A stretch of DNA of 64,000 nucleotides from assembly GCA_965205485.1 (NCBI GenBank), contig OZ242180.1:4672001-4736000 (forward strand), given 5' to 3'. The position numbers and the translations under genes were made by a program. The notes beneath the pieces are model-generated. The model saw nothing but the letters and a program-made list of their open reading frames with translations, did no database searches and was not told where the DNA came from. This DNA comes from Candidatus Latescibacterota bacterium (GTDB lineage Bacteria > Latescibacterota > UBA2968 > GCA-2709665). Below are positions 31,297 to 49,011 of this stretch, piece by piece; position 1 is the first letter of the stretch; each line of letters begins with the position of its first letter.

Positions 31297-31638
31297 CTAA
31301 CCGTCGTCCGAAACGACCAGTGTGATATGGCTGCAGCGTTTTCGGATGAACCCCGCCGCGCCCCGCGGCATGGGTCGGACCCGGCGCATGGCGATGGCGC
31401 CGTTCACGAACGCCTCCTGTACGTAAAGGTCTTCTTCCCTGACCGCGGACGCCTCGCTGTTGGCGGCGTTGGCCACCGCCGAACGGAGTGTGCGCTCCAC
31501 GAAACGGGCAGCCTTCTTGGGCGTAAACTGAAGAATGTGAAACGCCTCTTCAACCCCTTTGCCGCGAACAAGATCGACGACCTGTCGGACCTTCCGGGGT
31601 GAAATCCTGACGTATCTGGAGACTGCCCTGGCCGTCAT
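31297..31638 (-). CDS. rplV: 50S ribosomal protein L22
   Basis: RISPRKVRQVVDLVRG, SAVANA, SHIT. Confidence 0.96.
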   Translation of the reverse strand: MTARAVSRYVRISPRKVRQVVDLVRGKGVEEAFHILQFTPKKAARFVERTLRSAVANAANSEASAVREEDLYVQEAFVNGAIAMRRVRPMPRGAAGFIRKRCSHITLVVSDDG

Positions 31639-31699
31639 TGAGTTCCTTCTCCTGATAAAACCGCTGTCCCGCCGGCCGGAAAACCGGGAACAACCGGCG

Positions 31700-31987
31700 C
31701 TACTTCAGTCCCGTCGAACGCTCGGTGAGGCTACCCGAGTGCCCTCGAAAAGTCCGCGTAGGCGCGAACTCACCCAACTTGTGGCCCACCATGTTCTCCG
31801 TGATGTACACCGGAATGAACTTGTTCCCGTTGTGTACAGCCAGCGTATGACCGACGAATTCCGGTGATATGGTCGAACGGCGCGCCCACGTCTGAATCAC
31901 GCGCTTGTTGCCCGATTTGTTCATTCCCTCGATCTTCGTTAGAAGACCCGGGTCCACGTAGGGACCTTTTTTCAGCGACCTTGACAT
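31700..31987 (-). CDS. rpsS: 30S ribosomal protein S19
   Basis: [21 protein letters not shown]. Confidence 0.98.
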   Translation of the reverse strand: MSRSLKKGPYVDPGLLTKIEGMNKSGNKRVIQTWARRSTISPEFVGHTLAVHNGNKFIPVYITENMVGHKLGEFAPTRTFRGHSGSLTERSTGLK

Positions 31988-32002
31988 TCAATCCTCGCCG
32001 GC

Positions 32003-32833
32003 CTATCGCTTGCGTTGTCTTCTCAGGATGAGTTTGTTGGACTGTTTCTTGCGTTTTCTCGTCTTGTATCCCTTCGTGGGCACGCCCCAGGGCGTCACCG
32101 GATGTCCACCGCCCGAGGCGCGTCCTTCGCCGCCTCCGTGCGGGTGATCGATGGGATTCATGGCAACCCCCCTGACGGAGGGCCGCTTTCCAAGCCACCG
32201 GTTACGTCCCGCCTTGCCCAGAACGACGTTTTCGTGTTCCTGATTCCCCACCTGTCCGACGGTGGCATAACACGTCACCGGCACAAGACGGACCTCACCG
32301 GAAGGCAGACGGAGTTGCGCGAAATTGCCTTCCTTGGCCATGATCTGAATCTCGGCGCCGGCCGAACGGCCCAGTTGTCCGCCCTTGCCGGGCTGTAACT
32401 CGACATTGTGTACGTGGGTTCCCTGCGGGATGTTCTCAAGAGGAAGCGCATTGCCGGGCCGTACGTCGGCGTCGGGACCGGAAACCACCCGGTCGCCAAC
32501 CCTCAGACCCGCCGGCGCGAGAATATACCGCTTCTCACCGTCTGCATAGTGGAGCAGCGCGATTCTCGAGGAGCGATTCGGATCGTACTCAATTGAGTAG
32601 ACACTGGCCGGAACACCGGGTTTGTTGCGTTTGAAATCAATAACCCGGTAATGCCGGCGATGGCCCCCGCCGCGGCGCCGGCTCGTGATGCGGCCCATGT
32701 TGTTTCGACCACCACTCTTCCGGTTCGCCTCGACAAGCGACTTTTCGGGTTCAGACCGGGTAATTTCCTCGAACGAGGACACGGTCTTGAACCGCAGCGA
32801 CGGCGTAAACGGTCGGAACGATTTAACCGGCAT
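32003..32833 (-). CDS. rplB: 50S ribosomal protein L2
   Basis: [31 protein letters not shown]. Confidence 0.98.
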   Translation of the reverse strand: MPVKSFRPFTPSLRFKTVSSFEEITRSEPEKSLVEANRKSGGRNNMGRITSRRRGGGHRRHYRVIDFKRNKPGVPASVYSIEYDPNRSSRIALLHYADGEKRYILAPAGLRVGDRVVSGPDADVRPGNALPLENIPQGTHVHNVELQPGKGGQLGRSAGAEIQIMAKEGNFAQLRLPSGEVRLVPVTCYATVGQVGNQEHENVVLGKAGRNRWLGKRPSVRGVAMNPIDHPHGGGEGRASGGGHPVTPWGVPTKGYKTRKRKKQSNKLILRRQRKR

Positions 32834-32836
32834 CGA

Positions 32837-33130
32837 TCAGGACTCTCCGAAAAAATCGATGGTGTCGCCGGACGCAAGGGTGACAATCGCCTTTTTCCAG
32901 GCTGCACGGCGGCCTTGAAACCGCCCCATTCTCTTCAGCTTTCCAGCGACTGACGATGTATTCACGCTGAGTACCCTTACATCGAACAACGTTTCAGCAG
33001 CCTTCTTGATTTCCAGCTTGTTGGCGTCGACACGAACTTCAAACACGAACTTGTTATGATCTTCCTGAAGTTCGGATGCACGTTCGGTGATCAGCGGCCT
33101 GCGGATGATTTCTCTGATGTCTTTTTTCAT
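32837..33130 (-). CDS. rplW: 50S ribosomal protein L23
   Basis: [22 protein letters not shown]. Confidence 0.96.
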   Translation of the reverse strand: MKKDIREIIRRPLITERASELQEDHNKFVFEVRVDANKLEIKKAAETLFDVRVLSVNTSSVAGKLKRMGRFQGRRAAWKKAIVTLASGDTIDFFGES

Positions 33131-33777
33131 GCCGACCCCCAGATATCCTTCAACCGGCCCAGGGATTCCGTTGTGAAGACGACCGCATCGGCATTGACGA
33201 CGTCGTACGTCGAGACCTGAGCCACCGGCAAGACCTGGACGCCGGACAGGTTCCGGCATGATTTCAGGATATTCGGAGTGGCTTCCGGTGTGAGAAGCAG
33301 GACCTTTCGATCGTCAATTTCCATTGCCCGCGTCAGGTCCGCGACACGTTTCGTTCTGGGTGCGTCGAACGTGAAGTCTTCCACCACTTTGATCGCACCG
33401 TCAGGGACTTTAAGGGAAAGTGCCGATTTCAATGCGAGCCGCCTCACTTTTCTCGGTACGCGTTCGCTCAGCTCCCGCGGCCTGGGGCCGTGTGCGACTC
33501 CGCCTCCGACGCGGATCGGAGAAGAGGCGGTGCCGGCTCTCGCCCGTCCCGTACCCTTTTGGCGATACATCTTGCGTTTGCTGCGCCGGACTTCAGCGCG
33601 GGTCTTGGAATGGGCGTTGCCCTGACGCTGATTCGTCAGATAGGACTTTACGGTATGATAAATGGCATTGTGAGACGGTTCAATTGCGAAGATCGTCTCC
33701 GGGAGGTCGACGGATCCAACGACTTCACCCCGGATGTCTGTAACATCGACTGACGCCATAACTCGTTCTGTTCCCAT
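33127..33777 (-). CDS. rplD: 50S ribosomal protein L4
   Basis: [22 protein letters not shown] (start may be 33759). Confidence 0.97.
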   Translation of the reverse strand: MGTERVMASVDVTDIRGEVVGSVDLPETIFAIEPSHNAIYHTVKSYLTNQRQGNAHSKTRAEVRRSKRKMYRQKGTGRARAGTASSPIRVGGGVAHGPRPRELSERVPRKVRRLALKSALSLKVPDGAIKVVEDFTFDAPRTKRVADLTRAMEIDDRKVLLLTPEATPNILKSCRNLSGVQVLPVAQVSTYDVVNADAVVFTTESLGRLKDIWGSA

Positions 33778-34403
33778 TAATTACGTTGTTTCTGCACCTT
33801 TACTATGCCGCCGTTGGGGCCCGGTACGGCGCCCTTGAGCAATAACAGGTTGCGTTCCCTGTCCACGCGGACGACCATCAGCCCTTTCACGGTTTCCCGA
33901 CGGTGACCCATATGGCCTGCCATCCGCATCCCTTTGAACACACGGGACGGATCGGAACTCTGACCGATGGAACCCGGCGCCCGATGCCGGTCGGACTGCC
34001 CATGTGTTTTCGGGCCGCCTTTGAAATGATGCCTCTTGACCCCGCCCTGAAATCCCTTTCCCTTGGTGCGACCGGTTACCGAGACGGTTTCACCCGGTGC
34101 AAATATGCCAGCATCCAGGACCTGGCCCACCTCGTACTCCGAGGTGTCGGCCACCCGAAACTCCTTCAGGATGCGATGCGGGCCGGCGCCGGACTTCTTC
34201 AGAACGCCAAGGTGCGGACGGGTCAGACGCCGTTCCGAGGTGGCGCCGAAGCCGACCTTCAGCGCACGGTATCCGTCCGATCCATCGTCCTTGACCTGTA
34301 CGACCGGGCAGGGCCCCGCCTCCACCACGGTTACGGGGACGAGGTTGTCGTCCTCGTCGTATACCTGGGTCATTCCGATTTTTGTTCCGATCAGTCCCAA
34401 CAC
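33777..34403 (-). CDS. rplC: 50S ribosomal protein L3
   Basis: KIGMTQ, KGKGFQG, HRAPGSIG, KGAVPG. Confidence 0.98.
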   Translation of the reverse strand: MLGLIGTKIGMTQVYDEDDNLVPVTVVEAGPCPVVQVKDDGSDGYRALKVGFGATSERRLTRPHLGVLKKSGAGPHRILKEFRVADTSEYEVGQVLDAGIFAPGETVSVTGRTKGKGFQGGVKRHHFKGGPKTHGQSDRHRAPGSIGQSSDPSRVFKGMRMAGHMGHRRETVKGLMVVRVDRERNLLLLKGAVPGPNGGIVKVQKQRN

Positions 34404-34407
34404 GGCG

Positions 34408-34716
34408 CTACGCCTTGATTTCGATGTCGATCCCCGCCGGCAGATCCAATTTCATCAATGCATCTACCGTTTGCGGCGTCGAGTTGTGAATGTCGATCAA
34501 GCGTTTATGTATCCGGGTCTCGAACTGCTCCCGGGATTTCTTGTCGATATTGGGGCCCCGAAGCACCGTATACAACGAACGCTTGGTGGGCAGCGGGATG
34601 GGGCCGGATATCAGCGCCCCGGTCCGTTTTGCCGTCCGCACGATTTCGTCGACGGAACGATCGAGAGCCATGTGATCGTAAGCCTTCAGTCGAATACGAA
34701 TTTTCTGTGCTGGCAC
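34408..34716 (-). CDS. rpsJ: 30S ribosomal protein S10
   Basis: [24 protein letters not shown]. Confidence 0.98.
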   Translation of the reverse strand: MPAQKIRIRLKAYDHMALDRSVDEIVRTAKRTGALISGPIPLPTKRSLYTVLRGPNIDKKSREQFETRIHKRLIDIHNSTPQTVDALMKLDLPAGIDIEIKA

Positions 34717-34728
34717 TGCCCCTCCGTC

Positions 34729-35925
<1,197 letters not shown>

Positions 35926-36019
35926 CTCGCCTTCCTCCTGTTCAATAGACTTCGCGAAAGCCTATTTGTTTTGCAATCGCAGTCGACCGCTGTGTGAAAA
36001 ACCACGCATCTTCAAGTCG

Positions 36020-36188
36020 CTAGTGTTCTGTCCCGGAAATAAGTTGCCTAAATTCGGCCGCTGAGTCGCTCGTCTCGCAAGGCGCCTGAGCGCAGGCGAC
36101 CTGCGTATGGTCGGCGAGCGACGGGAACGTAGCGAGACGGGATGAATCGACGGACGAATGGTGAGGAATTTTTGGGACAGGACGCTAG
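36020..36188 (+). mobile_element. MITE family C (IS630-like ends) between fusA and tuf
   Basis: CTAG|TGTTCTGTCCCGGAAAT...ATTTTTGGGACAGGACG|CTAG; CTAG on both sides, and the right CTAG contains the fusA stop. Confidence 0.85.
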
Positions 36189-38254
36189 TTCTCCTTGAGT
36201 TCCTGTGCGAGCGCTTTGGGCAGTTCCTGAAACCTCGAAAATTCCATCGAATAGATCGCACGCCCCTGGGTCAGGGACCGCAGCCGCGTGGCATAGCCGA
36301 ACATTTCGGTTAAGGGTACCATTGCCGTGATCACCTGTGCATCCGGCCGGTTTACAATGCCCACGATATGTCCGCGACGGGCGTTCAGATCGCCCATCAC
36401 GTCGCCCATATATTCTTCAGGTACGACCACCTCGACGTCCATCAGGGGTTCCATCAGGTACGGGTCCGCCTTTCTGGCGCCGTCCCTGAAGGCCATGGAT
36501 GCGGCCACTTTGAACGCCAGTTCGGAAGAATCGACATCGTGATACGATCCGTCGTAAAGCGTGACCCTGACGTCCTCCACCGGATATCCGGCCAGAACAC
36601 CCAGTTGCATGGCCTCATGAACACCCTGTCTGACGGCGGGGATGTATTCGGTGGGCACTGAGCCGCCCACAATCTTGTTCTCGAATACGAGGCCGCTGCC
36701 CGGTTCACCCGGACCCATCTCCAGCCAGACATGTCCCCACTGTCCACGGCCACCCGTCTGCCGGACGAAACGACCCTCCACCTGAACGGTCCTGCGGATC
36801 GCCTCCTTGAAGGTCACCTGGGGCTTGCCTACGTTCGCCGCCACCCGGAATTCACGCATCAGGCGGTCGACGATGATCTCGAGATGTAATTCACCCATAC
36901 CGGAAATAATCGTCTGCCCGGTGTCTTCGTCGGCGGATACGTGGAACGTGGGGTCCTCTTCTGACAACTTCCGCAGCGCGGTGCCCAACTGATCCTGGTC
37001 CGCCTTGGTTCTGGGCTCGATGGCAACGGACACCACCGGTTTCGCAAAGTCCATTGATTCCAGTATGACGGGATGGTCGGGGTCGCAGAGCGTCTCACCG
37101 GTTGCCGTGGCTTTCAGCCCCACGGCCGCCGCGATATCTCCGGTGACAACCTCATTGATGTCTTCGCGCTTGTTGGCGTGCATCTGCAGTACCCGGCCAA
37201 TTCGCTCCCGCTTTCCGTTGTTGGAGTTCCTCACGTACGAACCGGTCTTCAGACAACCCGAATAGACCCTGAAATAGGTCAGGTGCCCCACATAAGGATC
37301 GGTCTTTACCTTGAATGCAAGCGCCGAGAAGGGTTCGTCGTGGGATGACGCCCGGGTCACGTCTGCTCCGGTGTCCGGATCGGTGCCCTTGACCGGCGGA
37401 ACTTCCAGTGGCGATGGCAGGTAGTCCCGGACGCCGTCGAGCAATCGCTGGACGCCTTTGTTCTTGAAGGCGGACCCGCAGAAGACCGGCACGGCATGAA
37501 CGTTGATGGCCGCCAGACGAAGCGCCTGCTTGATCTCTTCTTCGGCGATGTGTTCGCCTTCGAGGAATTTCTCCATCAGCGTGTCGTCAAAATCGGAGAC
37601 CGCCTCCAGCATCTGCTCGCGGTAGGTCTGCGCATGGTCGAGCAGATCCTGCGGGATTTCGCTCTCGGAAAAAACCGTACCCAACGTGTCTTCCTGGTAG
37701 GAAACCATTTTCATCTTCACCAGATCGATCAGTCCGGTAAACAACTCGCCCGCGCCCACGGGAATCTGTACCGGCACGAAATTCGACGCCAGGCGTTCCC
37801 GCATCATTTCAAGTACTCTGAAGAAATCCGCGCCAGTACGATCCATCTTGTTGACAAAGGCAATCCGGGGCACCCCGTACTTGTCGGCCTGGCGCCATAC
37901 CGTTTCAGTCTGGGGTTCCACGCCGCCGACCGCGCAGAAAATACCGATAACGCCGTCCAGAACCCTGAGCGACCGCTCAACCTCGGCTGTAAAATCCACG
38001 TGTCCGGGCGTGTCGATGATATTGATCCGATGTCCGTCCCAGAAACAGGTGGTGGCCGCCGACGTGATGGTAATGCCCCGCTCCCGTTCCTGATCCATCC
38101 AGTCCATCGTCGCCGCGCCATCGTGTACTTCGCCCATTCGATGCAGACGTCCCGTATAGTACAGAATCCGCTCGCTCGTTGTGGTTTTACCCGCATCGAT
38201 ATGGGCCATGATGCCGATGTTCCGGATCCGTTCCAGTTGTTCTCTACGTGACAT
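36185..38254 (-). CDS. fusA: Elongation factor G
   Basis: [40 protein letters not shown]. Confidence 0.99.
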   Translation of the reverse strand: MSRREQLERIRNIGIMAHIDAGKTTTSERILYYTGRLHRMGEVHDGAATMDWMDQERERGITITSAATTCFWDGHRINIIDTPGHVDFTAEVERSLRVLDGVIGIFCAVGGVEPQTETVWRQADKYGVPRIAFVNKMDRTGADFFRVLEMMRERLASNFVPVQIPVGAGELFTGLIDLVKMKMVSYQEDTLGTVFSESEIPQDLLDHAQTYREQMLEAVSDFDDTLMEKFLEGEHIAEEEIKQALRLAAINVHAVPVFCGSAFKNKGVQRLLDGVRDYLPSPLEVPPVKGTDPDTGADVTRASSHDEPFSALAFKVKTDPYVGHLTYFRVYSGCLKTGSYVRNSNNGKRERIGRVLQMHANKREDINEVVTGDIAAAVGLKATATGETLCDPDHPVILESMDFAKPVVSVAIEPRTKADQDQLGTALRKLSEEDPTFHVSADEDTGQTIISGMGELHLEIIVDRLMREFRVAANVGKPQVTFKEAIRRTVQVEGRFVRQTGGRGQWGHVWLEMGPGEPGSGLVFENKIVGGSVPTEYIPAVRQGVHEAMQLGVLAGYPVEDVRVTLYDGSYHDVDSSELAFKVAASMAFRDGARKADPYLMEPLMDVEVVVPEEYMGDVMGDLNARRGHIVGIVNRPDAQVITAMVPLTEMFGYATRLRSLTQGRAIYSMEFSRFQELPKALAQELKEN

Positions 38255-38257
38255 TTA

Positions 38258-38725
38258 TTACCACCGATAGTGTGCGAACGCCCGGTTGGCCTCGGCCATC
38301 CGGTGTGTCTCCTCTCTCCGCTGCATTGCCCGACCGCGGCCGTTGGCCGCATCCATCAATTCCCCCGCCAGCCTCTGGGACATGGTCTTCTCCCCGCGGC
38401 CGCGAGCGAATGTAATCAACCAGCCGATCGAAAGTGAAAGCCGCTCATCCGACCGCACTTCGACCGGTACCTGGTACGTCGTTCCACCCACACGACGTGA
38501 TTTCACCTGAATGATCGGTTTGGCGTTTTCGACCGCCTGCTCGAATACCTCCAACCCGGTCTTGTCCGTGCGTTCGGCAATCTGGTCGAGCGCGCGGTAA
38601 AGGATCTTCTCACCAATGCTCTTCTTGCCCTTCCGAAAAAGGCTGTTGACAAATTGCGTCACGAGAACACTGCCGTACTTGGGATCGGGTGAAAATTCTC
38701 TCTTCTCGGCCCGCCTTTTTCTCAT
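38258..38725 (-). CDS. rpsG: 30S ribosomal protein S7
   Basis: [31 protein letters not shown]. Confidence 0.98.
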   Translation of the reverse strand: MRKRRAEKREFSPDPKYGSVLVTQFVNSLFRKGKKSIGEKILYRALDQIAERTDKTGLEVFEQAVENAKPIIQVKSRRVGGTTYQVPVEVRSDERLSLSIGWLITFARGRGEKTMSQRLAGELMDAANGRGRAMQRREETHRMAEANRAFAHYRW

Positions 38726-38814
38726 GATACCCTCAAAACAAGGGGGACACACCGTCTTGAACCTGCGCCAGCGTTATCCCCCATTTCAAAATCCCAGCAT
38801 ATCGTTCGAAAGTC

Positions 38815-39186
38815 CTATTGAGGCGTTTTGGCGCCGTATTTGGACCGACCCTGTTTCCGGTCGGCGACGCCGGTCGTGTCCAGGACGCCGCGGATAATGT
38901 GATACCGGACCGAAGGCAGGTCCCGTACCCGACCACCCCGGATCAGCACGACGGAGTGTTCCTGGAGATTGTGTCCTTCGCCCGGGATGTATGCTGTGAC
39001 TTCCATCCCGTTTGTAAGCCGGACGCGTGCAACCTTCCGCAGGGCGGAGTTGGGCTTCTTTGGGGTGGTGGTATATACGCGCGTGCAGACACCCCGCTTC
39101 TGAGGGCATCCTCGCAATGCCGGGGCAGACGACCGCTTTGCCTTCAGCTTCCTCCCCTTGCGCACCAGCTGATTGATGGTGGGCAA
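38815..39186 (-). CDS. rpsL: 30S ribosomal protein S12
   Basis: [30 protein letters not shown]. Confidence 0.98.
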   Translation of the reverse strand: MPTINQLVRKGRKLKAKRSSAPALRGCPQKRGVCTRVYTTTPKKPNSALRKVARVRLTNGMEVTAYIPGEGHNLQEHSVVLIRGGRVRDLPSVRYHIIRGVLDTTGVADRKQGRSKYGAKTPQ

Positions 39187-39281
39187 TTCAACCTCCAGTA
39201 TGATTTACACCAGGTGCGACGCGGCCGAATCCTCTCGGAGACGGATCCAGAAGGTTCCGGAAAAATCGGCCACAGACTTTC

Positions 39282-39310
39282 ATTATACCATTTCCTAGCC
39301 TGCTTGTCAA
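39282..39310 (-). promoter_or_regulatory. Consensus sigma70 promoter for str/S10/spc transcript
   Basis: TTGACA-17 nt-TATAAT with extended TG; the -35 overlaps the rpoC TGA stop. Confidence 0.85.
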
Positions 39311-42300
39311 GCATTTATCGGTGGAAGTCCGACGTTTTCGAGGCCCTCTTCCGGTACGTCCTCGGCCTCCTTTTCGAGCGACACCGCCTGGACTTCGCGA
39401 TACCGCTCCGAACCGGTTCCCGCGGGAATCAGGTGGCCGATGATCACGTTTTCCTTCAGTCCCAGCAGGCCGTCCATCTTGCCCTGAACCGAGGCCTCCG
39501 TCAACACGCGCGTGGTCTCCTGGAACGACGCGGCGGAGATAAAGCTGTCTGTCATCAGGGAAGCCCTTGTTATACCCAGCAACACCGGCTGGAACGTGGC
39601 CGGATCACCGCCTTCCGCGATCACCTTGTCGTTCTCGTCCCGGAAGCGGAAGCGATCCACCGTTTCTCCTTCCAGGAAATTCGTGTCGCCCGGGTCCGTA
39701 ACCTGGACCTTTTGCAGCATCTGGCGCACAATGCACTCGATGTGCTTGTCGTTGATCCGGACGCCCTGCATCCGGTAGACGGCCTGGATTTCGTTCACCA
39801 GGTACTCCTGAACCGCCTGGATACCCTGAATCTGGAGAATATCGTGTGGATTCACCGATCCCTCCGACAGCTGTTCACCGGCCTGCACCCGATCGTTCTC
39901 CTGGACGCGGAGGTGTTTTCCATAGGGAATCGTGTATTTACGCTCCTCGCCATCGTCGGACGTGACGATTACCGTCCTGGAACCCCGTACGAGTCCGCCG
40001 AAACTGACGGTACCGTCGATTTCGGTGACCACGGCCGGATCCTTCGGGCGCCTTGCCTCGAAGAGTTCGGCGACGCGGGGCAATCCGCCGGTGATATCCC
40101 GTGTCTTGCTGCGTTCGCGCGGGATCTTCGCCAGGGTATCTCCGGCGCCGATCCGGTCCTCGTCGTGTACCACGAGACGAGCGCCGACAGGGATGATGTA
40201 ATGACCGACTTCAACTGGAGCATTCGAATCGGACTCGTCAAGAATTCGAATCCGCGGCGACAGGGTGCGATCCCGGTGTTCGGTGACCACCTGCGCCGCC
40301 AGACCCGTTGTCTCGTCGGCCTCTTCGCGGTACGTCACGCCTTCGACGAGATCGACGAATTCGACGGTACCCGGCCGGTTGGAGACGATGATGTTGTTAT
40401 AGGGATCCCATTCGTAAAGGACCTGGTTTTCGTCGACCTGCTGCTCGTTCTCGACCTGCAGCACGGCCCCGTAGGGAACGTAATAGTGACCGCCGCGCGG
40501 ACGACCCTGGTCGTCCTGAACCTCGAACTCGCCGTTCCTGCCCACCGCGATTCGCTGTCCGTCGCTCCGGGTGACGGAATCCATGTTGACAAACTTCACG
40601 ACGCCGGCCCGTTTGGCGACGATTTCAGCCTGTTCCGCGATCCGGCTGGACGTGCCGCCGATATGGAAGGTCCGCAACGTGAGCTGGGTGCCCGGCTCAC
40701 CGACACTCTGGGCGGCGATCACGCCGACGGCCTCACCGATGTCGACGAGTCGTCCGGTGGCGAGGTTGCGGCCATAGCACTTGGCGCAGATGCCCCGCCG
40801 GGCTTCGCAGGTCAACACCGAGCGTACGTTTACCCGTTCCACGCCGGCGTCGGCGATCCTGGCAGCGGATGCCTCGTCCAGAAGCATTCCGCTCTCCACG
40901 ATGATTTCGCCGCCGATGGGATCGAATACATCTTCCAGAAGCGTTCGGCCCACGATGCGGTCCGCCAGGGGCTCGACCACCTCCTCACCCTCTTTGAGCG
41001 CTTCGAGTTCGATGCCCATAATGGTGCCGCAGTCCACTTCGCCTATCACACCGTCCTGCGCCACATCCACCATTCGACGCGTCAGGTAGCCCGCTTCGGC
41101 GGTCTTCAGCGCCGTATCGGCCAACCCCTTCCTTGCGCCGTGCGTCGAAATGAAGTACTCGAGCACCGAGAGCCCCTCCTTAAAGGAGGCAACGATAGGC
41201 GTTTCGATAATCTCACCGATCGCTCCGGTGAGTTTCTTCTGCGGCTTGTTCATCAACCCCCGCATACCGCCCAGCTGTTTCACCTGATCGTCGCTTCCGC
41301 GGGCGCCGGAGTCCTTCATGATGTAGATCGAGTTGAATCCGGCCTCCGAATGCTCCAGGGCCTCGTTCATCATTTCGGCGATATTATTCGTGGTGTGCTG
41401 CCAGACGTCGATGACCTTGTTGTACCGCTCGCCCTCGGTGATGACGCCGTGGACGTACTGTTGCAGAATTCGATCGACCTCGCCCTTGGCCCTGTCGATG
41501 AGTTCCTGCTTTTTCGGCGGTACCACCACGTCGTCCATCGAAACCGTCACCCCGGACTGGGTGGCGTAGTCGTAGCCCAATCGCTTCAGACCGTCGGCGA
41601 ATTCGACGGTTGCCCGATTCCCGAACCGACGGTGGACGTCGGTGGTTACTTTCTGAATCACGGGTTTGTCCACCATCTGGTTGATGTAGGGCATTCCATC
41701 CGGCAGGATTTCGTTGAAGATGACCTGTCCCACGGTGGTTGTCAGCAACTTCCCGTCAACCCGCAGGCGAATGGCTTCGTGGAGGTCGATCTTGCCGTAG
41801 TCGTGCGCGATCAGCGCTTCGTTGGGGCTTCCGAACGCCTTGAGGTGATTCCTGTCGGGCTGCTGGACCATTTTGGTCAGATAATAACAACCCATGGCGA
41901 TGTCCTGCGGATTATGCACGATCACGGCGGATCCGTCTGCCGGCTTGAGCATGTTGTTTGCGGACATGATCAGTACGCGGGCTTCGATTTGCGCCTCGAA
42001 CGACAGCGGCACGTGGACGGCCATCTGGTCGCCGTCGAAGTCGGCATTGAACGCGGCGCAAACCAGCGGATGTATGCGAATCGCCTTCCCTTCCACAAGC
42101 ACGGGCTGGAACGCCTGGATGCCCAGCCTGTGTAGCGTTGGCGCGCGGTTCAGCAGGACGTAATGATCCTGGATGATGTCCTCCAGAATATCCCAGACCT
42201 CGACCCGTTCGCGCTCCACGAGCTTTTTCGCGCTCTTGACGGTCTGGACCAATCCCCGCTCTTCCAGCTTCTTGATGATGAATGGCTTGAACAGTTCAAG

Positions 42301-43407
42301 CGCCATGTGCTTCGGAAGCCCGCACTGATGCAGCTTGAGGTTGGGGTCGACGACGATGACCGACCGACCGGAATAGTCGACGCGCTTGCCGAGCAGATTC
42401 TGGCGGAATCGGCCCTGCTTTCCTTTCAGCAGGTCCGACAGTGACTTCAACGAGCGGTTGCCGTCGCCGCGTACCGCTCGAGATCTGCGGCCGTTGTCGA
42501 ACAGGGCGTCGACAGCTTCCTGAAGCATGCGCTTCTCGTTGCGCAGGATCACCTCCGGCGCCTTGATTTCGATCAGTTTTTTCAGCCTGTTGTTCCGGTT
42601 GATGACCCGCCGGTACAGATCGTTCAAATCCGACGTGGCGAACCTTCCGCCTTCCAGCGGCACCAGCGGGCGAAGGTCCGGGGGGATTACGGGAATAACG
42701 TCAAGTATCATCCACGACGGATGGTTGTCGGACTGACGAAATGCCTCGACCACCTTGAGCCGTTTCAATGCCTCCTGTTTGCGTTGAACGGAGGTTTCCA
42801 TCCGCGCCTGGGTGCGCAACTCCGCGGACAGCTCCTCGATGTCTATTTCGCCAAGCAGCTTTTTGAGCGCAACGGCGCCCATATCCGCCTCGAAGCTGTA
42901 CCCTTTGTCCGCGAGTTCAAATGCTTCATCTTCCGAGAGAAGATCCTTGTACTTGAGGTCCGGCGCGTCGCCGGGATCCAGCACGACGTAAGACTCGTAG
43001 TAAATGATCCTTTCCAGATTGCGAATGGTAATATCCAGCAGATACCCCATGCGTGACGGAAGCGACTTGAAGAACCAGATATGCGAGACCGGCACCGCCA
43101 GTTCGATATGGCCAAGCCGCTCGCGCCGCACTTTCGATTGGGTCACTTCAACGCCGCACCGGTCGCAGACCACGCCGCGGTAGCGAATCCTCTTGTACTT
43201 GCCGCAGCTGCATTCCCAATCTTTGACCGGACCGAAGATGCGTTCGCAGAACAGACCGTCGCGCTCCGGCTTGAACGACCGGTAATTGATGGTTTCCGGC
43301 TTCGTCACCTCGCCGCGCGACCAGCCGCGGATCGTCTCGGGTGAAGCCAGTTGAATACGAATCGAGTTGAACTCTGTGGGCCGCTTGGAAGTGTTGATGT
43401 CCGCCAC
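39307..43407 (-). CDS. rpoC: RNA polymerase beta' subunit
   Basis: [12 protein letters not shown], Zn finger [30 protein letters not shown]. Confidence 0.99.
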   Translation of the reverse strand: MADINTSKRPTEFNSIRIQLASPETIRGWSRGEVTKPETINYRSFKPERDGLFCERIFGPVKDWECSCGKYKRIRYRGVVCDRCGVEVTQSKVRRERLGHIELAVPVSHIWFFKSLPSRMGYLLDITIRNLERIIYYESYVVLDPGDAPDLKYKDLLSEDEAFELADKGYSFEADMGAVALKKLLGEIDIEELSAELRTQARMETSVQRKQEALKRLKVVEAFRQSDNHPSWMILDVIPVIPPDLRPLVPLEGGRFATSDLNDLYRRVINRNNRLKKLIEIKAPEVILRNEKRMLQEAVDALFDNGRRSRAVRGDGNRSLKSLSDLLKGKQGRFRQNLLGKRVDYSGRSVIVVDPNLKLHQCGLPKHMALELFKPFIIKKLEERGLVQTVKSAKKLVERERVEVWDILEDIIQDHYVLLNRAPTLHRLGIQAFQPVLVEGKAIRIHPLVCAAFNADFDGDQMAVHVPLSFEAQIEARVLIMSANNMLKPADGSAVIVHNPQDIAMGCYYLTKMVQQPDRNHLKAFGSPNEALIAHDYGKIDLHEAIRLRVDGKLLTTTVGQVIFNEILPDGMPYINQMVDKPVIQKVTTDVHRRFGNRATVEFADGLKRLGYDYATQSGVTVSMDDVVVPPKKQELIDRAKGEVDRILQQYVHGVITEGERYNKVIDVWQHTTNNIAEMMNEALEHSEAGFNSIYIMKDSGARGSDDQVKQLGGMRGLMNKPQKKLTGAIGEIIETPIVASFKEGLSVLEYFISTHGARKGLADTALKTAEAGYLTRRMVDVAQDGVIGEVDCGTIMGIELEALKEGEEVVEPLADRIVGRTLLEDVFDPIGGEIIVESGMLLDEASAARIADAGVERVNVRSVLTCEARRGICAKCYGRNLATGRLVDIGEAVGVIAAQSVGEPGTQLTLRTFHIGGTSSRIAEQAEIVAKRAGVVKFVNMDSVTRSDGQRIAVGRNGEFEVQDDQGRPRGGHYYVPYGAVLQVENEQQVDENQVLYEWDPYNNIIVSNRPGTVEFVDLVEGVTYREEADETTGLAAQVVTEHRDRTLSPRIRILDESDSNAPVEVGHYIIPVGARLVVHDEDRIGAGDTLAKIPRERSKTRDITGGLPRVAELFEARRPKDPAVVTEIDGTVSFGGLVRGSRTVIVTSDDGEERKYTIPYGKHLRVQENDRVQAGEQLSEGSVNPHDILQIQGIQAVQEYLVNEIQAVYRMQGVRINDKHIECIVRQMLQKVQVTDPGDTNFLEGETVDRFRFRDENDKVIAEGGDPATFQPVLLGITRASLMTDSFISAASFQETTRVLTEASVQGKMDGLLGLKENVIIGHLIPAGTGSERYREVQAVSLEKEAEDVPEEGLENVGLPPINA

Positions 43408-43466
43408 GGGCCTTACCCCCTTTTTGCGATCGAAATCAGAAGAAAAGATGACCCCGCTGTTGGTAC

Positions 43467-47243
<3,777 letters not shown>

Positions 47244-47297
47244 ACTCCTCTGGTGAAATCGACCAATGATTGAAGGCAGGAATGCAGTTCGGCCCGG

Positions 47298-47678
47298 CTA
47301 TTTTATCTCTACAACGGCTCCTACCTCCTCCAGTTCGGCTTTGATCTGGTCGGCCTCCTCCCTGGAAACCCCCTCCTTCACGCTGCGAGGCGCACCATCG
47401 ACGAGTTCCTTGGCTTCTTTCAAGCCGAGGCTCGTGACGCTGCGTACCACCTTGATTACCTGAATCTTCTTGTCGCCGATGGCGTTCAACACCACGTCGA
47501 ATTCCGTCTGTTCTTCTTCTTCAGTCTCTCCGTCCGCGCCGGCGGCTGCGCCGGCTGCGGGCGCGGCGACCATCGCCTGGGCGCTCACTCCGAATTTTTC
47601 TTCGAGCGCCTTGACAAGTTCGGCCAGTTCCAGTACGGAAAGCTTCTCGATCTCATCTATAATGTCTGCGATTGCCAT
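47298..47678 (-). CDS. rplL: 50S ribosomal protein L7/L12
   Basis: [27 protein letters not shown]; start MAIADII. Confidence 0.97.
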   Translation of the reverse strand: MAIADIIDEIEKLSVLELAELVKALEEKFGVSAQAMVAAPAAGAAAGADGETEEEEQTEFDVVLNAIGDKKIQVIKVVRSVTSLGLKEAKELVDGAPRSVKEGVSREEADQIKAELEEVGAVVEIK

Positions 47679-47730
47679 GGACGTCCTCCATACGTCTTTT
47701 CCTGATGATGGAAACGGATTTAAGAAATGT

Positions 47731-48267
47731 CTAGTTTTCCTCCCCGGCTTCACCTTTCTTCCCGGCGATTTCGTTCAGAACCAGAACCAGGCTCTGAATC
47801 AGGCCGCCCAGGCAGAACACCAGTCCGGTCACCGGGCTTTGAACCGACGAAACCAACTGTCCCAGCAACACTTCCCTCGATGGAAGCTGGGCAAGCGTTT
47901 CCAGTTGATCCTCCCGAAAGACCCGTCCGTCCGCAAATCCGCCCTTGACCCTTGGCAGACCGTTGGTCTCAGATGCGAATTCGTGAAGCAGCCTTACCGC
48001 CGCTACCGGATCGGTTTCGGAACTTGCCAGGCCGGTCGGTCCCTGCAAAACCTCTTCCAGTCCCTGAATCCCGGCGTTTTTTACGGCTATCAGGGCCAGA
48101 CGATTCTTGACGACCCGATAGATGATGTCCTCGTCGCGCAGTCGTTTTCGAAGCCGGGTGACTTCGGGGACATCCAGCCCGGTGAAATCGGCCAGATAAA
48201 ACCCCTGAGACCGGCTCATCAGACGAGTCAATTCCTCGACAGCGCTGACTTTTTCATCCGTTGGCAT
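47731..48267 (-). CDS. rplJ: 50S ribosomal protein L10
   Basis: [20 protein letters not shown]. Confidence 0.96.
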   Translation of the reverse strand: MPTDEKVSAVEELTRLMSRSQGFYLADFTGLDVPEVTRLRKRLRDEDIIYRVVKNRLALIAVKNAGIQGLEEVLQGPTGLASSETDPVAAVRLLHEFASETNGLPRVKGGFADGRVFREDQLETLAQLPSREVLLGQLVSSVQSPVTGLVFCLGGLIQSLVLVLNEIAGKKGEAGEEN

Positions 48268-48299
48268 CCTGTTCCCTTCCGTTGCGCGGACTGCCGCAG

Positions 48300-48998
48300 T
48301 CAGTTTGTCACGCTGGACCGATCGATCCGTACGCCGGGCCCCATGGTGGTTGCGAGGGTCACGGACCGGACGTACTGTCCCTTGGCGGATGAAGGACGCG
48401 CGCGAAGAATCGTATCGAAAAGCGTTCGGGCATTCTCGACCAGCCGGTCTTCATCGAATGACATCCTGCCCACGGGCGCGTGAACATTACCGTTCCGATC
48501 CGCCCGATACTCCACGCGGCCCGCCTTGGCCTCCGCTACCGCCCGCGTCACGTCCGGCGTAACCGTGCCGCTCTTGGGGTTGGGCATCAACCCTCTCGGG
48601 CCCAGAATCCTTCCAAGGCGTCCGACAACGCTCATCATGTCCGGCGCCGCGATGGCCACGTCGAAGTCCGTCCAGCCGCCGTTGATGCGTTCGGCCAGGT
48701 CGTCGGCTCCCACAACATCCGCTCCCGCCGCTTCGGCTGCCGCCGCCTGTTCGCCCTTGGCGAACACGACCACGCGAATCGTCTTGCCCAGCCCGTGCGG
48801 CAGCATCACCGTACCTCGGATCTGCTGATCGGCCTGACGCGGGTCCACGCCCAGCCGCATCGCCATTTCTACCGTTTGGTCGAATTTCGGCGCCGGCATT
48901 TCCTTCAGCCGGGAAACCGCATCTTCGATTGAATATTGCGCGCGTCGATCGATCCCTGAAAGCGCCGTTCTGTATCGTTTTCCGTTGCGCCCGGCCAT
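48300..48998 (-). CDS. rplA: 50S ribosomal protein L1
   Basis: [26 protein letters not shown]. Confidence 0.98.
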   Translation of the reverse strand: MAGRNGKRYRTALSGIDRRAQYSIEDAVSRLKEMPAPKFDQTVEMAMRLGVDPRQADQQIRGTVMLPHGLGKTIRVVVFAKGEQAAAAEAAGADVVGADDLAERINGGWTDFDVAIAAPDMMSVVGRLGRILGPRGLMPNPKSGTVTPDVTRAVAEAKAGRVEYRADRNGNVHAPVGRMSFDEDRLVENARTLFDTILRARPSSAKGQYVRSVTLATTMGPGVRIDRSSVTN

Positions 48999-49011
48999 AT
49001 TGATGTACCTC

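Noticed and set aside
38818..42135. 1105-aa plus-strand ORF
   Set aside because: Antisense shadow of rpoC/rpsL caused by GC-rich codon bias; no motifs
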